Origin: Candidatus Hydrogenedentota bacterium
Lineage (GTDB): Bacteria > Hydrogenedentota > Hydrogenedentia > Hydrogenedentales > SLHB01
Length of the DNA stretch: 64,000 bases
NCBI GenBank assembly: GCA_963674865.2
Contig: CAXXYE010000009.1
Coordinates: forward strand, 1,056,001-1,120,000
Reading direction: 5' to 3'
Shown here: positions 28,530 through 38,809 of the stretch, in pieces
How positions within the stretch are numbered: the first letter of the stretch is position 1
Layout of the letters: each line of letters opens with the position of its first letter
Translations under genes and position numbers: made by a program
Notes under the pieces: generated by a model
Told to the model about the DNA's origin: nothing
Database searches by the model: none
The model's input: the letters and a program-made list of their open reading frames with translations, nothing else

Positions 28530-30869
28530 GTGAAGGTGAGGACTCGGCAAGCAACTGTGGCGTGCGTGGGGCTGCTCCTCCTGACACTCGTTGCCCCCGG
28601 GGCGAGCGCGTTCTTCCCCATCGGCGGATTCGATGAAGACGACGGAGAGCTGCATTTCATCAGGTGGCCTCTCTCCTACATGGATACAAACGGCGACGGT
28701 GATGTTAGCGGCTCTGACGAAGGCGTCGAACTCACGCTCGAGGGCGGGGAATATGGCTGGACCGAGGATGAGATTGAGATCATCGAAGAAGCCATGGACA
28801 TTTGGGAGAGCGTCCCGAATGCCTACGCCAAGTTCCATCTCTCCCCCGGCGGACCGGTGCCCGATCCTCTAGGCCTCGCCAGCGATACTGAATTCGACAT
28901 GATCAACTTCGTGACAATTCAGCTCGAAGAGGATACCACCCAAGGCACTATCGAGGACGGCGTTGCTGGTTTCGCGGTCCTCAGTTTCTTTTCCGAAGAT
29001 GGGGATTTCGAGATGGACGGCATCACCTTCCCCGTGACGGGGTGGGCCATCGTCGAGTCGGACGTAGTGATCGACGGAACCATCGTTCGCGCGGACCCGG
29101 AAAATCCCGGCGAGCCGCCTGAGGCCGACCTACTCGGCATCCTCGTCCACGAGTTCGGACACGTGCTCGGCCTTGGCCATACGCCGATGAATACACTCGA
29201 ACTCGACCCCGATACGGAGCAACTCGTCGAGGGGACGAGCCTGGCGCTGCGTGATCGCTTCGGGAGTCTCGATCTCATTGGGGCGACTCCCACGATGTTT
29301 CCCATCTATACGCTGATAGAGGATGAGGGCACCCTCGTTTCGGCCATGAGAGACCTCACCCCCGACGATATGGCCGGCCTGACGTACCTTTATCCGCGTG
29401 TGGGCGCACAGGCAACCTATTTCAGCCTGGATAACGAGGCGCGGACTCAGGCCCGCACGGGCTTTCCGTCAACGCCCGTTGGCGGAGCCCACATAGTCGC
29501 CTGGTGCGATGTGGATGGCGATCCCTTGACCCCCCGTGTCCCGCTCTTCAGCACGATGACCGGGCTCTACGAATTCTCGGGAACGGAGCTCCGAAAGGGC
29601 CGTTTCGAGCTTCCCCTCATGCTCAGAGAGATCGAGACCATCGATGAACTTACCATTCCGGCCACCTATACCATGACCGTCAATCCCATCAACGGGCTGG
29701 ACTATGAGCGCCAGGCCCCACCCGGCCTGGCCCCTGACTTCTTCGATTCAACCCACAATAACGACGTCAATACGTTCTTTACCTACAATGAGTTGTTTCC
29801 CTCCGAAGTCTTTCGGGAAGGCGGGAACTTGTATGACTTGGACAACCATGACCTCGGGACGCCCTTGGTCTACGACGAGGATCAGGATCGCGTGATCAGC
29901 GTTGATTCCGGCAAGACCCTCAACCAGATGCTTCCTGGCCAGACGCCGATGTTCGGTGATCGCAGTGGGGCGTGTCCCTTCAATCTGAGTGTCGCGGGAC
30001 TGACCACCAACCGTGGCGTGAGCGGCTTGCGACGGCTCCGTGACGCCGTGTTACTGAATTCCGCCTTGGGGACATCCGTCGCGCAGATATACTACGGCGT
30101 CGCCCCGGCGATATCCGGATTCCTGATGCGCCATAGTCTGGCTCTCGCCGCCGCTCGCCGCACCGCCGCTGCCTTCGAGTGGCTCTGCGTACACTATCGG
30201 CTGTCCGTTGCACTGCTCATCGGTATCGCGCTTTCCATGGTTGGCGTCGCGTTTCGTCGCAGGAAGCTGGCTCTCGCCACGCTTGTGGCGGCCCTTTTCA
30301 TTGGCCTGACAGCCGCCCCGGCCGGCGCCACGCTGCTCTACATGTCCACGGCTGACCTGGTGCAACGCGCCGATGACATCATCACGGGCGAAGTCACCAC
30401 CGTGGATATGCATATGAACACCCAAGGCCGCCGCCGCATTGAAACCGACATCACCATCACGGTGAGCGACACCCTCAAGGGCCGTCTGAATAAGTCCGGC
30501 CAAGTTAACCTGTCCGTGCCGGGCGGCCGCGTCGGCGAAATGGTTACTTACGCAACCGATCTTCCGAAATTCAAAGCGGGCGAAGAGGTTCTGCTCTACC
30601 TGAAGTACAAGCCGGGCTATGGTTATGTGGTCATTGGGGGCGAGCGCGGCAAGTACGAGATACTGAAGGACAGGAAGACCCGCGAGGAATACGTGGTGGC
30701 TAGTTCCCCGGAAGCCTTAGCCGGCCTGGCCGATATCCCGGCCGAGGTTAAAGGCTCCGCGGCAAAGTCCGGCGATGATAAGGAAGATGACGGCCGGATC
30801 CCTCTCGATTCCTTCAAGCAGTACCTGCGCAAGCTGGTGAAGGAGCAGAGCCGCAAGAGCAAGTCCTAG
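28530..30869 (+). CDS. Matrixin-like (metzincin) zinc metalloprotease with internal degenerate CFI-box/TM segment and an extra C-terminal domain
   Basis: AAGGAG then GTG 28530, signal peptide ending ASA/F, HEFGHVLGLGH, Met-turn PTMFP, DDMAGLTYLYP. Then CPF...LRRLRDAVLL...IYYGVAP, TM, RRRK and a second signal-like helix. Confidence 0.85.
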   Translation: MKVRTRQATVACVGLLLLTLVAPGASAFFPIGGFDEDDGELHFIRWPLSYMDTNGDGDVSGSDEGVELTLEGGEYGWTEDEIEIIEEAMDIWESVPNAYAKFHLSPGGPVPDPLGLASDTEFDMINFVTIQLEEDTTQGTIEDGVAGFAVLSFFSEDGDFEMDGITFPVTGWAIVESDVVIDGTIVRADPENPGEPPEADLLGILVHEFGHVLGLGHTPMNTLELDPDTEQLVEGTSLALRDRFGSLDLIGATPTMFPIYTLIEDEGTLVSAMRDLTPDDMAGLTYLYPRVGAQATYFSLDNEARTQARTGFPSTPVGGAHIVAWCDVDGDPLTPRVPLFSTMTGLYEFSGTELRKGRFELPLMLREIETIDELTIPATYTMTVNPINGLDYERQAPPGLAPDFFDSTHNNDVNTFFTYNELFPSEVFREGGNLYDLDNHDLGTPLVYDEDQDRVISVDSGKTLNQMLPGQTPMFGDRSGACPFNLSVAGLTTNRGVSGLRRLRDAVLLNSALGTSVAQIYYGVAPAISGFLMRHSLALAAARRTAAAFEWLCVHYRLSVALLIGIALSMVGVAFRRRKLALATLVAALFIGLTAAPAGATLLYMSTADLVQRADDIITGEVTTVDMHMNTQGRRRIETDITITVSDTLKGRLNKSGQVNLSVPGGRVGEMVTYATDLPKFKAGEEVLLYLKYKPGYGYVVIGGERGKYEILKDRKTREEYVVASSPEALAGLADIPAEVKGSAAKSGDDKEDDGRIPLDSFKQYLRKLVKEQSRKSKS

Positions 30870-31350
30870 GGGCAGTCTGCGCGCGAGTCTGAGAAATGAA
30901 GACGTGAGGGGGGGGCGCGGTAGCGTGGGCGTCGGGCCTTTTCTTGGTTCAGGATTGCGTATCTCTTTTGTTATGAATGGCTTACTCGTGTTGCCTCTTG
31001 GCCCGCGCATAGAACTTCCTTGTTAGACCCCGCCATGTCGGTGAACGGGCTCCCGGCGCCCAGGCCTAGGCCTCGTGTTCGGCCGTCTGTCAACCTCGAG
31101 AGAGAACGTTTCGTTTTAAGGGGGGGTGGGATCTATACCGCCAGACCGGGGCGCGCGCGCCGACATGGGATCCGGGGAGTTGTCGCCGGGCCTTTGCAGG
31201 TCCCAGGGATAGTTGGATTTAGCTCTGAGCATTGAATTCAGTCCCTCCATAGTGGACACTGGGAGTTGGGTGTTTTGATGGATAACCTGAGGTCTTCAAG
31301 CGCTCGCGAGCCGGGCTCGCGACGTATCGGAGCCGCGCAGTGAGAATCCC

Positions 31351-32250
31351 ATGCTGAAAGGTGTTCTGTTCCGGCAGGTCTTTCTTGTGGTCGACCTGGC
31401 ACTGGCCGTCCTGATCGCCTTCGTAGCCTACCTATTCCTTATGAAAGTCTTCGAGCACGAGCGAATCGAAGGGGGCGGAGAGCAAGAAGCCGTCGCTAGC
31501 GAGAACGCGGCGGGCTTCACCAAGCTCAAGCCTCGGGCCGATTATGACGCCATCGTTGCGAGCAACCTGTTTGGGCCTGCCGCACGAAGTCGCCGGCCGA
31601 GTGAAGAGGTTCAGCCGGCAGCCCAGGTCGAGGTGGCCGAGACCCAACTTCGCCTGCGCCTGCTCGGAACATCCACCACGGACTCATTCCTGACGAGTGC
31701 CGTCATCTTCAATGAGGACATGAAGCGCTCGGAAACCTTCTTCATCGGCGACGACGTTGTAGCCGGCGTCTCACTCGAGGAGGTACACGAGCGCGAGGTC
31801 ATTCTATTCAACGTTGCCTCCAATCGCAGGGAAGTCCTGCGCATGGAAGAAGATGGCGCCACAGCCAAGGCTCCCGGCCGGGCAGGGCGCCCTCGTTTCC
31901 AGCCGCCCGCCCCTAATCGGACGTCCACTCAGATTCGCCTGAGCCGGGCCGAGGTTTTTAAGGATCTCACCGAGAACTACGCCGAGATCGAAAAGACCCT
32001 CGATCCCGTACCTTATCGTGATGAAAAAGGGAAAGTCGTCGGATACACGTCGAAGAACATCGGCAAGCTGCCCCTTGCCGGCAAGCTTGGCCTCAAAGAC
32101 GGGGACGTGGTCCAGAGCGTCAACGGCGTCGCGATTGACAGTGAAGAGAAGATTTTTGAGGTCGCTCAGAAGTTTCAGAACAGCAAGACGTTTCGCTTCG
32201 GCATCCTGAGAGGAGGCCGAACGCACACCATCACGTACAGTTTGTACTAG
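31351..32250 (+). CDS. gspC: Type II secretion system protein C (TM + HR + PDZ)
   Basis: N-terminal TM, NLFG, LRLRLLGT HR domain, C-terminal PDZ (KLGLKDGDVVQSVNG). Sits directly upstream of the secretin. Confidence 0.85.
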   Translation: MLKGVLFRQVFLVVDLALAVLIAFVAYLFLMKVFEHERIEGGGEQEAVASENAAGFTKLKPRADYDAIVASNLFGPAARSRRPSEEVQPAAQVEVAETQLRLRLLGTSTTDSFLTSAVIFNEDMKRSETFFIGDDVVAGVSLEEVHEREVILFNVASNRREVLRMEEDGATAKAPGRAGRPRFQPPAPNRTSTQIRLSRAEVFKDLTENYAEIEKTLDPVPYRDEKGKVVGYTSKNIGKLPLAGKLGLKDGDVVQSVNGVAIDSEEKIFEVAQKFQNSKTFRFGILRGGRTHTITYSLY

Positions 32251-32292
32251 AGGGCCGGGGATCGTTCCGGCCCGCGGAGAGAACGACGGGAG

Positions 32293-34548
32293 ATGAAGAT
32301 CATGAATGGTGCGAGGTGTTTCCTGGGCCTGGCGGCGCTGGCGTGCCTGATTGGGGGCTCCGTATGGGCGCAAGACCCAGGCGAAGAGAGGGCGGCTCCC
32401 GTTCGCCCGAGGCCACAACCGTCCGCCGAACCTGCGCCGTCCCGCAACGGGAATACCTCTCAGAACAAGACGCTTGTCACCGAGCCGATAAGCTTCAACT
32501 ACGATGAAGTGCCGCTCTTCAACGTTGTCGAGGCTGTTGCCAAGATGACCGGGCGCAATTTCCTTTACGACCCCAATACGCTCCAGACTCCCGTGACAGT
32601 GGTGACGCACGAAGAGATTCCGCCCGAAATGGCCCTCGAATTCCTCGAATCCTTGCTCGCCGCTCAGGGATTCCATATTATCGAAACCCTCGACGGCTAC
32701 CTGATCCGCGTTGTGCAGGACAGCGCGAGCGACGGCAACGACAAACTCCCCGTCTACACGGGCGGAAAGAAGGATGTCCCGGGATTTGACCGCCTGTCTA
32801 CCCACATCGTGCCCATTCACTACGGCGATGCCGAGGATCTTGCCCGATTACTCGAGCGCGTAGGCTCGGCGGCCGGACGCGTGGACGCTTATGTGAAAAC
32901 CAACACCCTTATCATCACCGATACCGCCGACGGCATCCGGAATATCCTGGCCCTGCTGGAGGAACTTGATATTCCGGGCTACGACACAAGCCTGGAATTC
33001 TTCCGGCTAAACTACACTCGCGCTGAGGTCCTTGCCACGCAAATCGACGAGGTCCTTATGGGAGGCACCGGCGGCGGCGCTGGGGAAACTGGAATACGAC
33101 GGCCCACGCCTACGCGCGCCGTACGGCCTTCGCGCCGTGCGTCGGAGGAGACCTCGGTTGTTGTCGGCAGTAGGGAAGAGACCTTGCAGTTGGTGCCGGA
33201 TGAACGCCTGAACGTGCTCATCGTTCAGGCCTCGGATCCGCTAATGGAGCGCGTTCGCGACTTGGTCAAGCGTCTCGACTCGCCCACCCCCATCGAAGAC
33301 CAAAACGTGCACGTCTACGACCTGCTCTACGCCGACGCTGAACAGGTAGAAACGGCCCTGAAAGAGCTAACGGGAGCCACCACGCCGCGTCAAGGCGGCG
33401 GCCAGCAAGCCGCCGCTGCGAGCAGCGAAGTTCAGCCTTTCGAGAAAGAGGTCGTCATCACGCGCTTTGACCAGACCAACGCGCTGCTTATTGTGGCGTC
33501 CCCCCAAGACTATGACCGCATTGAGGAACTTCTCATGCGTCTCGATGTGCCCCAGCGTCAAGTCTACGTCGAAGCCACCATTATGCAGGTTTCCATCAAT
33601 GATACATACGGCTTGGAGGTCCAATCCGCTGGACTCACGGCCAACGATCTACTGGCACTCAACAACACGCTTTCCTTGGCCGAACTCCTCGCGGGCGGCG
33701 TTGGGCTGCTTACCAGCGCCGGTGGCGCGGGGACCAGTCTGGGCCTGCTTGACGGCACCGTAGACGTCACCTACCCAGACGGTGCGGGCGGCTTTGTCAA
33801 TCAGACTATCCCCAATGTGCCGCTCCTCATTAAAGCGCTCGAGTACATCACGGACACCGACATCCTATCGCGGCCTAGTCTGACCACCGTGGACAACGAG
33901 GATGCCTCCATCGTCGTCGGCCAAGAAGTGCCGTTCGTTACCGGTAGTACACGATCCCTCAATCAGTCGGCGGTCGATTCCAGCGTCTACAGCCGCGTTG
34001 ATCGTCAAGATGTGGGCGTGAAGATGACTGTTTCACCTCAGATCAGCGAGGGCGACTTCGTCATGCTCGACCTCACCGTTGAGGTATCCTCCATCGCCGC
34101 CCAGCAGGTCGGTACGGTGGACGTGTTGGGCCCGACGGTGAACAAGTCCGAGATCGAAGACCGCGTCGTCATCCGCAACGGGTCGACTGCCGTGATCGGC
34201 GGACTCATGAAGGAGACGCGCGACCGTTCGCGAACCCAGCCCCCGATTCTAGGCGATGTCCCGCTCATCGGGTGGCTGTTCCGCAACAAATCCAACATTC
34301 GCCAGAAAGACAATCTCGTTGTGCTGGTCACGCCCCACGTCGTCAAGCAGGGCATTGACCTCGCGCGGCTTACCGAACACCACATGCGTCAGTTTGAAGA
34401 CGCCAACATCGACGCCTTGTTTGAATCAGGCTTTATCAAACGCATCAAGAAGAAGCATCAGCTTCGCACCCGCTACAGCCCGACGCGGCAGAAGACCGCC
34501 GAAATTCTCGAAGGTGAGGGGTTCACGCGGGGCGATATGCAGAGGTAG
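32293..34548 (+). CDS. gspD: Type II secretion system secretin D
   Basis: Signal peptide, N0 (AKMTGRNFLYD), N1-N3 (TNTLIITD, DERLNVLIV, TNALLIVA), LDVPQRQVYVEA, IVVGQEVP, PILGDVPLIGWLF. Confidence 0.95.
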   Translation: MKIMNGARCFLGLAALACLIGGSVWAQDPGEERAAPVRPRPQPSAEPAPSRNGNTSQNKTLVTEPISFNYDEVPLFNVVEAVAKMTGRNFLYDPNTLQTPVTVVTHEEIPPEMALEFLESLLAAQGFHIIETLDGYLIRVVQDSASDGNDKLPVYTGGKKDVPGFDRLSTHIVPIHYGDAEDLARLLERVGSAAGRVDAYVKTNTLIITDTADGIRNILALLEELDIPGYDTSLEFFRLNYTRAEVLATQIDEVLMGGTGGGAGETGIRRPTPTRAVRPSRRASEETSVVVGSREETLQLVPDERLNVLIVQASDPLMERVRDLVKRLDSPTPIEDQNVHVYDLLYADAEQVETALKELTGATTPRQGGGQQAAAASSEVQPFEKEVVITRFDQTNALLIVASPQDYDRIEELLMRLDVPQRQVYVEATIMQVSINDTYGLEVQSAGLTANDLLALNNTLSLAELLAGGVGLLTSAGGAGTSLGLLDGTVDVTYPDGAGGFVNQTIPNVPLLIKALEYITDTDILSRPSLTTVDNEDASIVVGQEVPFVTGSTRSLNQSAVDSSVYSRVDRQDVGVKMTVSPQISEGDFVMLDLTVEVSSIAAQQVGTVDVLGPTVNKSEIEDRVVIRNGSTAVIGGLMKETRDRSRTQPPILGDVPLIGWLFRNKSNIRQKDNLVVLVTPHVVKQGIDLARLTEHHMRQFEDANIDALFESGFIKRIKKKHQLRTRYSPTRQKTAEILEGEGFTRGDMQR

Positions 34549-34551
34549 ACC

Positions 34552-36288
34552 ATGCCAACCGGGCAAGAGCATCCCCTGTGCCAGATCCTCATTGAGCACG
34601 GCCACGTTCATGCTGAGCAAGTGAACGAGGCGCTCGAACTCCAGAGGATCCGGCCCAAACGCGTGGCCGAGATTCTCATGGACCTCGGCTACGTCGAAGA
34701 GGATCACGTGCTCGAAGCGTTGAGTGAGCAATTCGACATTCCCTTCGAGCGCAATATCGCCGACGATATCGATCCCGCCTTGACGACGAAGGTGCCCATC
34801 AGCTTCATTCGCGAGTATCACATGGTCCCCTACCGCCGGAATGGGGAAGCCTTCATTGTGGCGGTCAACAACCCCGTCAACCTGCTGCCCCTCGACGACC
34901 TCCGCCTGCTCCTGGGCGGGCCCGTTACGCCCGTGCTCTGCCGGATGGGAGATATCCAGCGGATCATGGACAGCTACTTCGATCAACAAGGCGCGAACGC
35001 GGCCGAGATGATCGATAGCATCACCATGGCAGATGACGAAGAAGACGTGATTTCCTCCATAGACGGCCTGGATTCGGACCGCGATCTGCTGGACCTCGCC
35101 AACGAGGCGCCGATCATCAAGTTGATCAATTTGTTCATTTCCGGTGCCGTAAAGGAGCGCGCCTCCGACATTCACGTCGAGCCCTTCGAGCGCGACGTGC
35201 GCGTCCGCTACCGGATTGACGGTGTCCTTTACGAGAAGTTCACCGTCCCCAAGTCCCAGGAGGCCGCCGTAGTCTCTCGCATCAAGATCATGGCGCGCCT
35301 GAACATCGCCGAACACCGCCTCCCTCAAGACGGCCGGATCAAGATAAAGTTGAGCGGCAAAGAGATAGACATTCGCGTTTCCATCGTTCCCATTCAGCAC
35401 GGCGAGCGAGTTGTGTTGCGTATTCTCGAGAAGGGGACGTTCCTCCTAGGGCTCGAGGAACTCGGCATGGGCCGGCACGACTACGGGATAGTCGACCGGC
35501 TTATCAAGAGTTCACACGGCATCATCCTCGTTACCGGCCCCACTGGCTCCGGCAAGTCCACCACCCTCTATGCCGCGCTGCACCGCGTCAACTCGCCCGA
35601 TATCAACATTATCACCGTCGAGGATCCGGTCGAGTACCAGATGCCCGGTGTCGGCCAGATTGAAGTCAGGCCGAAGATCGGCCTCACCTTCGCCTCGGCC
35701 CTGCGCAGTATCCTGCGGCAGGACCCCGACATCGTCCTCGTTGGGGAGATCCGCGATCAGGAAACCGCCGAAATGGCCGTCCATGCCTCCTTAACGGGCC
35801 ATCTGGTTTTTGCCACCCTCCATACGAATGACAGCGCTGGCGCGATCACCCGGCTGATCAACATGGGCATCGAGCCCTTCTTGGTTACGTCGTCGACCAT
35901 CGCCATTATGGCGCAGCGGCTCGTGCGGCGGATCTGCGAGCACTGCAAGGAGCCTTACAAGGCCGACCCCCAAAGTATTGCCGACCTGGGCCTCTCTCCC
36001 AGGGATCTCCCGGATGGACTCGTCTATCGTGGCGCAGGTTGTGAACGCTGCCAGAACCGCGGCTATTACGGACGCACCGGCATCTTTGAACTGCTGGTTA
36101 TGAATCCCGCTATTCAGGAATTGACGCTCCAGGGGGCCGATTCCAACGCGATCAAGCGCGAAGCCAAGAAGTACAAGATGCGTACCCTCCGGGAAGACGG
36201 CGCCTCGAAGGTGGTCCAGGGCGTCTCCACCATCGAAGAAGTCCTCCGGGTAACACGCGACGACCTCGTCGAGGAAGTCGCGGAGTAA
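34552..36288 (+). CDS. gspE: Type II secretion system ATPase E
   Basis: ASDIHVEP, RLPQDGRI, Walker A GPTGSGKS, LRQDPDIVLVGEIRD, TGHLVFATLHTND, tetracysteine CEHC...CERC. Confidence 0.95.
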   Translation: MPTGQEHPLCQILIEHGHVHAEQVNEALELQRIRPKRVAEILMDLGYVEEDHVLEALSEQFDIPFERNIADDIDPALTTKVPISFIREYHMVPYRRNGEAFIVAVNNPVNLLPLDDLRLLLGGPVTPVLCRMGDIQRIMDSYFDQQGANAAEMIDSITMADDEEDVISSIDGLDSDRDLLDLANEAPIIKLINLFISGAVKERASDIHVEPFERDVRVRYRIDGVLYEKFTVPKSQEAAVVSRIKIMARLNIAEHRLPQDGRIKIKLSGKEIDIRVSIVPIQHGERVVLRILEKGTFLLGLEELGMGRHDYGIVDRLIKSSHGIILVTGPTGSGKSTTLYAALHRVNSPDINIITVEDPVEYQMPGVGQIEVRPKIGLTFASALRSILRQDPDIVLVGEIRDQETAEMAVHASLTGHLVFATLHTNDSAGAITRLINMGIEPFLVTSSTIAIMAQRLVRRICEHCKEPYKADPQSIADLGLSPRDLPDGLVYRGAGCERCQNRGYYGRTGIFELLVMNPAIQELTLQGADSNAIKREAKKYKMRTLREDGASKVVQGVSTIEEVLRVTRDDLVEEVAE

Positions 36289-36292
36289 GGCC

Positions 36293-37501
36293 ATGGCCGT
36301 TTTCCAATACCGAGCAATGGCGCCATCCGGCAGGAACGTTAAAGGCATCATCGACGCCGATTCCGCCGCTGCCGCCCGCCGCAAGCTTCGCGAGCAACAG
36401 CTCTATCCGACGGAACTCAAGGAAACGAGCGCCGTTGCCGAGGAGGCCGTTGAGGCAAGGGGGCTGAGCTACATTCGACAGCGGGACGTTGCCATCATGA
36501 CCCGGCAATTGGCCGTGTTGATCGAAGCGGGCATGCCCCTCGTCGAGGCCCTTACGGCGCTGATCGACCAGATTAGCAACGCAAGGCTCCGCCGCACCGT
36601 CTACGAGGTGCGCGACAAGGTCAATGAAGGTGCGCGCCTCGCCGATGCATTGACCTGCGCCCCCCGCGTCTTCAATGAGCTATACGTCAACATGGTGGGT
36701 GCCGGGGAGGCCAGTGGGGCGCTCGAACAGGTTCTTTTTCGCCTGGCCGACATCCTCGAACGGCAAGTTCGCTTGAAGAAGCGCGTCCAGGCGAGCATGG
36801 CCTATCCAGTTGTCATGGCCATCGTCGGCATCGCAGTAATTGTGTTTCTCATGACTGTGATTGTCCCCAAGATTGCCATCATGTTCAAGGCCCAGGGACG
36901 CGAATTGCCCACTATCACGCAGATTCTGATCACCGTGTGCAATTTCATCAGCGAGCGGTGGTGGCTACTCGTGCTTGCCGTTCTGGGTGTCCTCCTCCTC
37001 TGGCGCGCCTGGGTGGCCCGGCCCAGCGGCCGCCGCAAGTGGGATCGATTCAAGCTCGCCGTGCCGTTGCTCGGCGGCTTGTACCTCAAGCTGATTTGTG
37101 GGCGCATGGCCCGCACGATGGGCACCATGCTTGAAAGCGGCCTAACCATGATGACTGCCCTTGACGTGGTCAAGTCGGTTGTTCAGAACCGCGTGGTTGA
37201 GGAGATCATGGACGATGTCAAGAGCCAGGTTCGTCGCGGTCAAGACATCGCCGTGCCTCTCAAAGAGGCTCAACTCTTTCCACCCATGCTTATCCATATG
37301 GTTGGCCTTGGGCAGCGGAGCGGCCAGCTCGAGACGATGCTCCTCAAAGTGGCCGACACGTACGATGAAGACGTCGAGTTAACCGTCGAGGCGCTGGTGA
37401 GCCTTCTCGAGCCGCTCATGATCATCGTTATGGGCTTGTTCGTCGGATTCATGGTATTGGCGATTCTACTGCCGATATTTGATATGGGAAGCCGTGTGTG
37501 A
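36293..37501 (+). CDS. gspF: Type II secretion system inner-membrane platform protein F
   Basis: MAVFQYRAM, TRQLAVLIEAGMPLVEAL, MVGAGEASGAL, YP, GQRSGQL, LLEP and 3 TM helices. Confidence 0.95.
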   Translation: MAVFQYRAMAPSGRNVKGIIDADSAAAARRKLREQQLYPTELKETSAVAEEAVEARGLSYIRQRDVAIMTRQLAVLIEAGMPLVEALTALIDQISNARLRRTVYEVRDKVNEGARLADALTCAPRVFNELYVNMVGAGEASGALEQVLFRLADILERQVRLKKRVQASMAYPVVMAIVGIAVIVFLMTVIVPKIAIMFKAQGRELPTITQILITVCNFISERWWLLVLAVLGVLLLWRAWVARPSGRRKWDRFKLAVPLLGGLYLKLICGRMARTMGTMLESGLTMMTALDVVKSVVQNRVVEEIMDDVKSQVRRGQDIAVPLKEAQLFPPMLIHMVGLGQRSGQLETMLLKVADTYDEDVELTVEALVSLLEPLMIIVMGLFVGFMVLAILLPIFDMGSRV

Positions 37502-37523
37502 CGTAACGGAGAGGTGCACCACT

Positions 37524-37991
37524 ATGCATACGCTGATAGCAGGAAACGCTGCCGAACGAGCCGCCAGAGCGGGGCGAGTGCTTCGTCACGAGGGCTTCAC
37601 GCTCATCGAACTGATGGTCGTCATCGTGATCATCGGAATCCTTGCGACGATTGTCGTGCCCCGGTTCATCGGCGCGTCGGACGACGCCAAGGTCACGGCC
37701 GCCATCGCGCAGATCTCGTCTTTCAAAACGGCGCTCACCCACTACAAGCTCAAGTTTGGCCAGTTCCCCTCGACCAGCGATGGGCTTGACGTCTTGATCA
37801 GCAACGGAAAACAGAACTTTCTCGATCAGGACAACATCCCAAAGGATCCCTGGGGCAACGATTACGCGTATAGCTCGCCGGGAAACCAGGGCCATGATTT
37901 CGAGATCGTCTCCTACGGCGAAGACGGCCTTCCCGGCGGCGCCGAGTACGCCGCCGATATCGAGAGCTGGAATCTCCAGGCACAACACTAG
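37524..37991 (+). CDS. gspG: Type II secretion major pseudopilin G
   Basis: EG/FTLIELMVVIVIIGILATIVVP, PKDPWGNDY, SYGEDG.PGG...ADIESW. Confidence 0.95.
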   Translation: MHTLIAGNAAERAARAGRVLRHEGFTLIELMVVIVIIGILATIVVPRFIGASDDAKVTAAIAQISSFKTALTHYKLKFGQFPSTSDGLDVLISNGKQNFLDQDNIPKDPWGNDYAYSSPGNQGHDFEIVSYGEDGLPGGAEYAADIESWNLQAQH

Positions 37992-38035
37992 CCCGGGGTC
38001 GAGCCTGACCTCGGAGAACGCAGGAGCGTAAGCAT

Positions 38036-38809
38036 TTGTCTTCCCGTGAGCGGGCCATAAACGGCTACACGCTGATCGAACTCGTGATCGTCACCGCCGT
38101 GATCGCGATCATCCTGTCCGTGGCCATGCCGCGGCTCCTGCCCGCCATCGCCGTCAGCAACTTCGAGGGCGCCGCCCGCCACTTGGCCAACTTCGGGCGC
38201 AGCGCCATGGCTCATTGCACCCTCACCCACGACCGGCTCACCATCAAGATTGACCTGGACAATCAGGAGTACTGGGCCGTTCGATGGCGGCTTCTGGACG
38301 AAAAGCTCTTCGATGAGGAGGAGCCGTCCGAGGTTGATCTGTTCGGCGAGGCCACTACCTCATCACCGGACCTTGCGGCTTTGGCTGCGAGTGAGGTCGA
38401 CGTTGAACTCGAAGCCAAGCGTCTTCAGGAGCAGTTTGATCGATTCGCCCGGCTTGCCCTTGAGGCCCGGGCGGGGAACGTGAAGCAGGAAGGTATCCTG
38501 GACGATATAGGACCTCTATTCGACCACGAATTCGACCTTGATGGCTCCGGAGAGGAAGATGAATTCGAAGAGGTGAAGTCCAACTTGTTGTCGCGGACGA
38601 GCCTGCCCCGAAACGTAGCCATCGAGTCCGTGGTTGTTGGTTCCACCGAATATCTCCGCGGTACCGTTGAGATAGACGTCACCTCTCTCGGCCTGGTCGA
38701 GCCCGTCACTTGCTACGTCAAGGATGTTCAAGAGGAGTATTACACCGTCGTCTGGGATCCCATCACGGGCGGCGCTCACCTCAGTGCGGGGAAGGACGTT
38801 GAGCTATGA
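38036..38809 (+). CDS. gspH: Minor pseudopilin H (acidic insertion)
   Basis: TTG start after AGGAG. NG/YTLIELVIV...AMPRL class III signal. Follows gspG. Confidence 0.75.
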   Translation: MSSRERAINGYTLIELVIVTAVIAIILSVAMPRLLPAIAVSNFEGAARHLANFGRSAMAHCTLTHDRLTIKIDLDNQEYWAVRWRLLDEKLFDEEEPSEVDLFGEATTSSPDLAALAASEVDVELEAKRLQEQFDRFARLALEARAGNVKQEGILDDIGPLFDHEFDLDGSGEEDEFEEVKSNLLSRTSLPRNVAIESVVVGSTEYLRGTVEIDVTSLGLVEPVTCYVKDVQEEYYTVVWDPITGGAHLSAGKDVEL

